DNA from: Camelus dromedarius
Lineage: Eukaryota
Direction of reading: 5' to 3'
DNA: 64,000 nt
Assembly: GCF_036321535.1 (NCBI RefSeq)
Contig: NC_087437.1
Coordinates: 89,220,001 to 89,284,000 of the forward strand
The position numbers were made by a program, and so were the translations under genes. The notes under the pieces are model-generated. The model was not told the origin of the DNA and made no database searches. It worked only from the letters and a program-made list of their open reading frames with translations. Positions 53,703-64,000 of the stretch are shown here, piece by piece; within the stretch, counting starts at the first letter, position 1, and each line of letters starts with the position of its first letter.

Positions 53703-54939
53703 GTCTAAATTGAGGTTAGTAACCCTATCCGTTCCTCATTTAGGAATTCAGGCATGAGATAGTTTTCTTCTAGCAACTGCCATTCATCCTGTTGGTCTAA
53801 TCAGAAAAATGGAGGAAAAGCTTTCTCTTTCATCCTTTAGATTTAAGTGAGGAGACATTTTACTCCGTTATTTCTTGCAATTACCTTGGTTTCCTTGGAC
53901 AGTCAAAGAGAGAATAAATCCAACACAAGGAAGCATTCAAAAACCCATTCTTATGCTAAGAGGAAACCAGAGCCTTGATAATAGCATACTTTGTGGGGCT
54001 TTAATGTGAAATAGTAGATTTTCTCATCATTTGTTAGTGTGTGTCAGGTTTTGTGTTACCTAATGAGAAGTTTTCCCAAGCAAAGGTAATATTACAATAT
54101 GCTTATGTGTTGGTACCTAAAGGAGCACAAAGGGGAGACAACTAGTAAAGCCTAGAAAAGCCTGGAGTGGGTTCTCCCAAAAGGAAGTGTCTAAATTAAG
54201 TCCCTGTCAGCCACATCAAGGCGCAGTACAGGAAGGATGTGACAGGGAAATTGAGTAGCCTATAGAAAAGCCCGTACATGGGGGAGGGCATGGCATGCTG
54301 AAAGAACTGTAAGCAGTTCCGTGTGGATGGAATGGGGAACACATGGGTTATGGATGAGGGACAGTGACAAGAGAATGACCTCTCAAAAGCCACCTGGAAA
54401 CTGATTCTGAAGAATCTTGTGCATCAAGCCAGAGATCTCAAATGTATTATTGAAGCATAGGGAACCACAGAAAGATTATAGGATCACATTTGCACTGTTG
54501 AACAATCACTACAACTATTCAGAGAACACTAGAATGGAGAGGGAAAAATCATTAAAGAAACCAACCCCATCAAGGGCTGTTACAGTAACCTAATAACAGG
54601 GGTTGGAAGCTGGACCTAAGATGATGACAAGAGTAGAGACAAGGGGATAAAGAACATTAAATAGACCAGGCAAGATTCACTGGTTCACTGGAGGTAGAAA
54701 TGAAGGAGAGAGAAAGATAAACAATGATAAAGAGAATCATGATCCAAGAAATGTAATAGAAGTGGTCCACTCACTCGCTGCGGAGTGCAAGAGTGCCAAG
54801 ATATGCAGAAGGTTAGTGGTTGATCTGTTGAGGTTGAGGCAGAGTTAAACGGCTATTGTGGCAGGACCCTAGAGATTCATGGTGAAAATACTAGAGGATG
54901 AGAGGTAATTAATCTTGTCTTACAATAAGAAAAGTGTTA

Positions 54940-55796
54940 CAGTAGAGAGAATATTGTGCTCCCCTCCAAAGATGTCTATTTGGTAATCCCTGGGATCTCT
55001 GACTGTTACTTTACTAATTAGGGTTCTCCAGAGAAACAGAACCAATAGGGGGTGTGTGTGTTTGTGGGTGTGTGTGTGTGTGTAAAGAGAGAAAGAGACT
55101 CTTTCATTCTTTGTAAGGAACAGGCTCATGCAATTACAGAGGAGGCTAACAAGTTACAAGATCGGCAGAGTGAGTTGGCAAGCTGGAAACCAGAGGAGCC
55201 AATTGTTTAGTTCCAGTGGGAGCTGAAGGCCTGAGAACCAAAAGTACTAATGGTCTAATGGTATAGTCCTGGGTTCCAGTTCAAAGGCTGGATGGCTCAA
55301 GAACCAGGAGAAGCGGATGTTTCAGTTTGACCATATATTTGGGCACCCAGTGGCCCAGTCACGTTGATACGTACAATTAGCCATCACAGTAACCTTACAT
55401 AGCAAATGGGGCTTTGTAGATATAATTAAGTTAGAATCTTGAGATAGTAAGATTACCCTGCATCATTTGGCAAACCCAGTATAATCACAAGTGTTCTTAT
55501 AAGAGGGAGGCAAAAGGGTCAAAATCAGAGAAGAGGTGTGACAGCAGAAGCAGAGTTTGGAGTGGTGTGCTTTGAAGGCAGAGGAGGGGTCATGAGCCAT
55601 GCAAAGCAGACAGGCTGTAGAAGATGGAAAAAGGCAAAGAAACTGATTCTCCCCTAGAACCTACAGGAGGGAATGGAAGAAAGAATCCCACTGACACTTT
55701 GATTTTTGAACTTCTGACCTCCAAAACTGTAAGACAATAACTTTGTTTTGTTTTAGGCCACTAAATTTGTTTTACGAGAAATAAGAAATTAATATA
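54940..55796 (+). mobile_element. MLT1C/D-type LTR interrupted by MLT2
   Basis: ccaaagatgtc...taatccctgg; aaggcaaagaaactgattctcccctagaacct; gacctccaaaactgtaagacaataa. Confidence 0.9.
55010..55388 (-). mobile_element. MLT2 LTR
   Basis: tagggttctccagagaaacagaaccaatagg...ggcccagtcacgttgatacgtacaattagccatcaca; TSD gttac/gtaac. Confidence 0.9.
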
Positions 55797-56862
55797 TGTA
55801 TTGAATATTTGGATGGAACAGGAAGAAGATGCTTTGTACTGCTGACACTTCTACAATTAAAGCTGATTTAATCCCACTTGCTAGTTCCTTTGTTCAACTT
55901 GAGGGAAAGAGAATTGATAAACACCTTGCCTGTATTCTCTCACTTAATACAACAATGTCGTGAGTTGGGACTGTAATCTTCTCTATTTCATAGACTGAAA
56001 CAGGGAGGCTAAGGAGCTGACACTGAATCACATGGTTGGTGGAAATGGAATCTTCAGAAAGAGAATGGAAAACTGTTTGTCTTACGGTTTTTAGAGTATT
56101 GAGGTGAGGGTAGGTTCACATATTCCTTTTTGTTCATGATCTTGGCCTTCTGCTAACATACTGTATTACAACTACGGTGAAGGAGAAAGCAGGCCCCAAG
56201 GGAATTCTAGTGCACAGTCTAGGGTTGGCAAGGCTTAAGGGCAAGTCATATAGTATTAGGCAAGTTTGCCTTCTTCCAAAGTTGCTGCCTTTTTGCTGTT
56301 GTAAGATTTGATTCAAATGTTCTGTTTTGTTTTTGTTTTTTTCAATTTCTTCCTACTCATATATATGAGTATACAATGAGTATAGTGTTAATATGTGACT
56401 TTAATTTATAAATTATAGATAATTACATTTTAATAATTTTATGTTGCTGATTTTTAAGTGACATGACAGTTACTCATGCATTTATTTACTGTATTTAGTT
56501 ACTGAGTTTTAAAATAAACAACTTTGAATGGGATCTGAATGTAATCAGGTTACCACTGCATTCAGATGACTTATATTTGTCTGTGTTACAATACGTACAA
56601 CCATCAGTCACTGATACATATCCATAAGATTTCTGATTATGAAAGCATTCTGACCATAAAATAGTGTTTCTTGTTTTACATAATCAACAGAATGCTTACA
56701 TTTTTCTGTCTTGTTCAGTAAATTCTACAGATGAAATGCCTCCCCCTGCCTTTAAAATGCAAAGAATTTTTGTACTTTAGGGGCTTCTTTTTTGAAACCA
56801 AATTTGTTTAAATAATGTAATTTGTATGAATTATGATCAAATGTGATAATCAATGATCTAAC

Positions 56863-57075
56863 AGGAGCTGAGTTTTTGTTTTGTTTTGTCTTTTTTTGTA
56901 AAAGGCTGAATAGCAAATATTTTCTGGCTTTGTGGGTCTAATGATCTCTATCACAAGTTCTCAATTCTTCATAAAACAGCCACTGACAAACTGGGCATGA
57001 TTGTGTTCCAATAAAACTTTCACAAATTGGGCTGCAGGACACATTTGTTCTGCTGGACATAGCCCACCTACCTTT
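56863..57075. mobile_element. MER58A-like DNA transposon
   Basis: tttttgtaaaaggctgaatagcaaatattttctggctttgtggg...tgtgttccaataaaacttt. Confidence 0.8.
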
Positions 57076-58812
57076 GTGTCACAGAACCTCAGATAAAGTT
57101 GAGAGGGCAAATATTGTGGTTAATTGTGTGTGTGTTGGGGAGTGGGGGGTGTAGGTAAGGTTGAGTAGCGGAAATTTTTCACCCTATAAGTGCCTAGCTA
57201 TTTTTGTTTCTGAGTTTTCCATGTTGTTTCTCTTCCTAATCCAGTAGAGGGCAATGAAAATCAATCACTCAAAATCATAAAAAACAAATATAATTAAGAA
57301 TGCTCAATAAGCAGGAGACTACTAAGAGTTTAGAAACGCCAAATCTGTATTAAAGAGACCTCTTTTACCCTTCCATTTTCATGCAGTCTAGCCTGAATGT
57401 TTCTGCCCTACATTCCAAATTGCAAATTAGATTTTTTATTGCAAGAACTAGGACTTCAGAACAAATTTAGGTTTACCTTTTCTCTTAGGGAAATTGACTG
57501 ACTACAACTTGGTGGCCATGGTACACTGACACTGAAGGGAGAAAGAATGAGAGAGCTACATTCTACTTCATCCTTAGGATGAAAGAACAAACTGTCCTGC
57601 TACACAGTCACGCTACAATTGAGTTCTCAGCTGAACAGAATTGAGAGAATGCTGTTGGGGGTCTCTGGTAAACAACAGAAAGGGAAGAATGGAAAGTAGC
57701 AACAAAACCATCTTTTTTTCTTGGGGGAGGGGACCCAGGGAGATCCTGGGGGTGCTGGTGGAGGAGAGAGCCTGTCTTTGGACTCCCAAAGACCATCTTT
57801 GCAGTATTTCATTCCTTCCGTCCTAAGCGATCATCTTAATTAGAGGATCACAGAAACAATCCCTAGAAGATGTAAAAACATTCAATCTCAGCACCATCTC
57901 TTGCAAATGATTTCAGAAAATATTTTTGTTCTCCATTTGTACTTTTTTTTTTTTTACTTGAATGTTGCTGCCTTAGCAGTTTTTCTAACTGATGGAGAAA
58001 TATCATGTCAAGTATAAGTGTAAATATAACTGAGGCTTATATGATTACAAAATAAAACTGTAAAGCTTCTAAAAGAAAATCCAGTGGCAAATGGACCTAC
58101 TGTTTAAAAAGAAAGAAGGGGGAAAAAAAGGAAAGATTAATAGATATGGGCTCCGATGGAATGAGGGCTCTCATGCATTTAGCGTGAAATTGGTATTCTG
58201 CCATTAAAATGGGAGACATTTTAGAGACCTTTTCAGTTATAAGAGGAGGTACTGAAAAAAACTTTTTGAGGGGAGTGAAGGAGAGGATAACTGTAACAAA
58301 GACTTATTGGATATTGTGTTATTCTCACCTGATTTAAAAAACAGATTAACACCTGTCAATGAGCGTCTTATAGAAATTTTACTAGAGGCACCTCTCACGT
58401 GCTTACGATTATCACCTCAGAGGACCATCTCCCTTCTGTCCTGTTATGAACTTTCCATTAAGTAAAATTTGGGGAGAAAACTTTTCATTAAATCATATTT
58501 TTATAGAGTTAACATAAAAAGCTGCAATATATACATATGTCTTTATTTAGTACAAAATGTTTAATGTGGTGCCTAGTTCATGGTAGTTTCTCTAAAAACT
58601 GAGCTTCTAGTAGAGAGACAGTCTATTTCTGTGAACATTTGTTTGGGCTGAGAATCAGGACACATTCCATCTCTGCCATGGTGAGGACATACTCAAATTT
58701 ATATATCTAAGATCTTCATTTTCTCTGCAAAAACTACAGTTTTCATTAGATGATCATGTTACTAGATATTGTGGCAATTCTGTCATACTGGAACTTCTCT
58801 ACATTTTGAGGA

Positions 58813-59177
58813 TGCTATGGACTGAATTGTGGCCCCTTCAGATTCATATGTTGAAACCAAAATGTGATGGTATTTGGAGACAGAACTTTTGGCAGGTAAT
58901 TAGGTTTAGATGAGGTCATGAGAGTGAGGTACTCATGGTGGAATTAGTGCTTTTCTTAGTAGAGACCAGAGAGCTTGCTCTCTGTCTCTTTCCCTGTCTT
59001 CTGAGAATGCCACAAGAAGATGGTCTTCTGCAAGCCAGGAAGAGGACCCTCATTAGGAACCTAATCAGCTGTAATCTTGATCTCGGACTTCCCAGCCTCC
59101 AAAACTGTGAGAAATAAATGTCTGTTGTTTAAGGCGCCCATTTGTGGTATTTTGCTATAGCAGCCTGAGCTCAGATA
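58813..59177 (+). mobile_element. MLT1A-type LTR
   Basis: tgctatggactgaattgtggcccc...ggacttcccagcctccaaaactgtgagaaataaatg...atagcagcctgagc. Confidence 0.92.
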
Positions 59178-59977
59178 GGCGAACCCACCCCTCCTCTGCC
59201 TTCAGGACAGGCTGTAAATGTGGATGTCAGCTCCATCCTTTGTAGGGGGCACAAGACTCAGTCCTAAGCCCATCAGTAAATACATTGCTCCGCTGTAATC
59301 AGAGTGCCTTTCAGGTGTTCTCCTGGGAATTGGTGATATTTCATATGCTTTTGAACCTGGAAGTGTGTTGCGTCAAGAGCTAAGAAAGCCATGTTGAAAC
59401 CACGATGGGGAAGCTGATTTAAAAATAGAATCAATACTGCAAAAGAATTTCAGGGGAAATGGGGCAGGGGGCCGGGGGGGGGGAGAGAAAATGTCTCAAT
59501 GATATTATTATTTTAAGGTAATTCACCCATTGCAAACGTATAAATAGGTGGTATATGAAAGAGCAGAAAATAGAGACAAGTTAGAAAATTACTCAGAACC
59601 TGTTGATTGAGATTTTAGTCTTGTACCTTTGGCTTTGTGACTGCAGTGTCTGGCATGTAGCTAGTATTCAATTAATGTTTTTGGCTTGCAAAAAAATAAT
59701 TATTAAATGGGATGCTCAGTTCAAGGAATCAAGAACAATGTTGTATATCCCTAATGAAATATCTCATGTATCAATTATTATTTACAAACCCCTCCAAGAT
59801 TTAAAACAATCACCATTTTATTGGTTTTTTATTTTGTATGTCAGAAAATTTTACTGTATTCAGGTGGATGTTTTTTCTGCAATCATCTGGAGTTTGGCTT
59901 GGAAACTGGTTGGTCTAAGAGGTCCCTGCTGGCATGATTCATCTACTCCAGGTGATCATTATCTTCCAACAAGCTAG

Positions 59978-60383
59978 GTGTGTTAGTTCACTAGGGCTAC
60001 TGTAAGAGTGGACCACAGACTGAATAGATTAAACAAGAGAAATTCACTTACTCGCAGTTCTGGAGACTAGTTCCAAGATCAAGATATTGGCAGGTTTGAT
60101 GTCATCCGAGATTTGCCTTACAGACAGCCACCTTCTCCCTGTGTCCTCACGTGGCCTTTCTTCGGTACATGTGCAACCTTGGTGTCTATTTTTACGTGTC
60201 CAAACTTCTTCATATAAGTATGCCAGTCATATTAGATGAGGACCCACCCAGATGACATTGTTTCACCTTAATTACCTTCCTAAAGGCCTTACCTCCAAAT
60301 GCAGTCTTAGTCTGACGGCCTGGGGGTTAGGTCTTTAACGTATGAATTGGAGGTGTGTAGGGGTACACAGTTCAGCACAGAGC
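59978..60383 (-). mobile_element. MLT1B-type LTR nested in an older MLT1 (~59740-60570)
   Basis: tgttagttcactagggctactgtaag...cagttctggagactag...ccttacctccaaatgcagtc. Confidence 0.85.
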
Positions 60384-61835
60384 ACTCTCCAAAACTTCCT
60401 CAGTGACCATCCCACTTTCTAAGAGAGCAAGCTTTGCCACTTCTTCAGGGCTTGGCTTAGCATCCATTCGCCACCCTCCATTGTTCAAAGCAAAACACAA
60501 GACAAATCTAAATCAAAGATGAGGAAATGCAAGTAATGGCTGAAGGATGTGCATTGACCTGGTCCAGCCATCTTTGCAAATGATCACCAGTGAAAATACT
60601 AACAAAAATAATCATCTTAAGGAATCCTGAAGGAAACTCCATGTGACACAGCCATGAATAAAAATAGATTTTAGTAGATATAGTATTTAAAACTGAGCAA
60701 CAACAAGGGAAATACTCTCTTAGTAGAGCCAAACTTCTTATTCTATTCTGGTTAAGTCCTTTAGTTGCACCACTGTATAATCCTCAAAACCATGCTTGGA
60801 GAAATGTACTACTATTAATTTTATTTTATATAGAGAGAAGTTAAGCTTTGTTGTGATTAACTTGTTAGTCATGTTTTTAGGACTGTTAATTTATGAACTG
60901 AACTATTAAATAATTGATCAAGACCACTATATTTGTGAGCCATTTAGCATCACTTTCAAGGGTGCCAGTGATAGGGGACTTAATTTATTTTTTGATATCT
61001 GTAAAGTTCATATAAGGTGGGTCAATATAGATTACACTGTGATTAATAACACCTTACTTGTTCTACCTTGCATTTGTCATCTATCTTATTTTAAGGGGAG
61101 CATTTATCTTCACATGTCTAGGTTTGTTTTTTCAAAAGAGACAGTCAAATTTTAGAACCAATTTCCAGAGTTTGCAACATCATATATTGTAGCAGTTTCT
61201 GTTAACACATAAGTGGCCTTGAAATATAACTTATTCTGAACCACTCAGTAATTATGCATGCAAATCAAACATTTTTGTAAGCTTGCTTTAAAAATTCTGG
61301 GCATAAAACTCTTGCAAAAGAAATGGCATTGAAGAAATGATATTGTTATAAAATTTTATTAGATATTAATATAAATTCAAAGTTGAAAATTAAGTTATTT
61401 AAGGAAATGTGCATAAAAGCCATGAAACTGCAGGTTGATACAGCTTAGAACAATCAAGAGAAAATCACAATTAATTTAATAATGATTTAGCATTTTTCAT
61501 GTATCGAACCAGCAAAACATTTAAAAAAGATATCACTAAATGCTGATAAGTATGATATGATATTGTAAATGCAAATCAGTAAGCTATTTTAGAAAGCAGT
61601 TTGCCAGTAGGTATCAGAAAGTATGAGACACAATAGTGACACAACTGGAAAAGGTCCCTAAGGAAAAAAAAGTAACTGAAACAAGCAATAAACACAGAAC
61701 CTCAACACACACACATGCTCGCATGCACTCACACACCTTTCTCACAAGGAGGCCTATCAATTGTTTCTTAATAGTAAAACAAAAAAATTTTAAATTTTAA
61801 ATAAGATACTGTTTAAGTGAATTATGTTAGAGCCA

Positions 61836-61836
<1 letters not shown>

Positions 61837-61917
<81 letters not shown>

Positions 61918-61935
61918 TGTGTGTATATATATACA
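61837..61935. repeat. Compound (TG)n(TA)n microsatellite
   Basis: Direct reading. Confidence 0.98.
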
Positions 61936-62029
61936 TAGCTTAAATAACAGTACAATTATCTTGGTCCTGATGTTGAGAGAGAAAATAATAGGATATTATA
62001 CATGTCAGAACAGTCTCTACTATTGTCCA

Positions 62030-62380
62030 CAACAAACTGTCTCCAAATCTTGTGTTCTCAACTCAGCAAATAGTAAATATTCACTTGTGCTATAGATACA
62101 TAATTGCGGGTCACCAAGGGGGCTCTTTTGTTTTTTCACCAGAGACTCAGGCTAACAGGATTCATTCAGATACATTCTTCCACCAGGTCTGTACCACTGG
62201 GAGGGAAACATGGTGATTGCACAATGGCTTTTAAAACTTGGACCAAAAATTGGCACACTTCAGTTCCCCTCCAGTGCCACTGGCCATGTCACATGGCCCC
62301 GGGGTACTGCCAACACGCTGTATTCCCCCAGAGTGCCGCAGAGGGAGAGAAATGCAATGTTTAATGAACAACTTTACTAA
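62030..62380 (-). mobile_element. Old MLT1 LTR
   Basis: cagagactcaggctaacagg...cagtgccactggccatgtcacatggcc...gagggagagaaatgcaatgtttaatgaaca. Confidence 0.65.
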
Positions 62381-62388
62381 CTACTAAG

Positions 62389-62391
<3 letters not shown>

Positions 62392-62434
<43 letters not shown>
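62392..62434. repeat. (CA)n microsatellite
   Basis: Direct reading. Confidence 0.98.
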
Positions 62435-62436
<2 letters not shown>

Positions 62437-63572
62437 GATCAAGGTTAAGGAAAGAAAAAGAAAATAATATCCATGAAAAACAAAGCTAGAAGAGAATCTA
62501 GGAACGTTATGCTGGTGAACAGACTTCAGATAATGTATTTATCATCTATCTGCCTTGCTGCATTTTCTATGATAAAATATATTTTTTTCACGATGGGAAA
62601 ATATATAATGAACACAGTGTGAATTACTGGATTAAAAAAAAGATCATTTAACCTCCATTTTTTGTTATTATTTCTTCATCGTGAGTTTTCAATTCTTTAT
62701 TAAATGCACATGCTTATAAGAAAAAAACATTATATACTTTTTCTAAAGCATAGAAGTTGAGAAAAATATCAGTCATTATAAATATTTGTGTTATTACTAA
62801 TACAAATACATTAAATCCTGGAAAGTCTTATCAATTTTTCTCTGATTGCATTTGTCCAGGACAGATGTCAAATTGATTAATGTACTGAGCATCTATTGTA
62901 ATTTATTGCACAGCTCTGAAGAGCAGAGCTGAGTAAGCTGACAAATTAGGAATAAAGTTTCACAAGAAGACCAGTGGCATAAATTATACTGTTACCCGTC
63001 ACTGGGCATCAATGTTTCAAGAAAAAAGAAATAGTTACACTTTTTTGAGCAAAGTCTAAAAATCCGTTTTATATAGTGATGTGTTGAAGACTGTTCTTCC
63101 TATGGAATAGAAATAATGTATAATAGTTAGTTGGTGTCATTAGTCAAAGAACCTATTCCTATAATCCAAGCAAAATTGAATATTTTACTCATATAGATCC
63201 AGCCAAGAGTTGCACCTGTTTCTAAATCATTTTGCGGGAACTTGCACCTACTGGTATATTTCTTCAGAATTATACTAACTTTATAAGTCTGCCTAAAATA
63301 TAAAATCTTGTATATGAATACAAAAACAAGAAAATCACAAATTACACCCTGAGAAATAATTCAGTTTCTTTTGGAGATTCATAGAACTACAAAATTTCAT
63401 TTTGGAAGGGAGCTTGGAGGTAATACAGTTCTGTGGATTATCAATTTTTTTCCTGCAATTTCTTTGTTCAAAGGCAACTATAACAGGAGGCCTCAATTTA
63501 AGAAACTAAATAAAGTTATTATGATGGAAGTGAAGTGAGAAACCTTGTCCTTCTCCCTCCTTCTCGTTCTTT

Positions 63573-63601
63573 GTCTGTCTCTGTCTCTGTCTCTATCTCA
63601 G

Positions 63602-63633
<32 letters not shown>
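63573..63633. repeat. (TCTCTG)n/(TC)n repeat
   Basis: Direct reading. Confidence 0.95.
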
Positions 63634-64000
63634 AGCATGGTGTTTAAAATATAGAAGTTCTAGTTTAACAGAAGATAGACTTGGCAATGGAGAAATCAAC
63701 TGTATATATTTGTTCAATCACTTAAAATTTTCAAATTATCATATTTAAAACAACTCAGAGTTTCTTCTTTCCTTTTTTCAAAAAAAAAATTATATACCCG
63801 TATTTCCAGAATGATAACTTTGGATTCCAAATAGGGTATCCTCATTACGTCAGGTGAAGTCTGGCCTTAACACTGTGCTAGATCTTATCAGATTTTTATA
63901 ACCTATTTGTTAGAGACTCTATAGATGAAGCCAGTGTAGGGAAAATTGCTCTTTGCCTGCCCATATGTATTCTCTCTTCTTTTCTGCTCTCAGAAGCCCA

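Noticed and set aside
1..64000. A novel multi-gene system (operon, CRISPR array, defence island)
   Set aside because: The DNA is mammalian and repeat-dominated, with no long ORFs (maximum 135 aa), no regularly spaced repeat-spacer array and no CpG island

Overview
This is AT-rich, CpG-poor mammalian genomic DNA, intergenic or deep intronic. A tRNA-derived Vic-1-type SINE and the young L1 3' tails point to a camelid. I can support no protein-coding gene: the ORF track reflects decayed L1 ORF1/ORF2, decayed ERV-L pol and chance AT-rich frames. The window is a layered transposon archive of L1, L2, MIR, MaLR/MLT1, MLT2, MER21, MER33, MER20 and MER58, with family names assigned from recalled consensus sequences rather than a search. 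The main structures are: (1) a ~2.17 kb TSD-flanked, polyadenylated insert that looks like an L1-mediated 3' transduction, placing ancient repeats inside a younger L1; (2) a two-LTR ERV-L provirus with integrase and dUTPase remnants; (3) a 77-bp copy of that integrase region in only one of its LTRs; (4) a multi-level nested insertion stack splitting a MIR; (5) a unique 1.4 kb island resembling a terminal exon plus 3'UTR. I do not see evidence for a novel multi-gene biological system.
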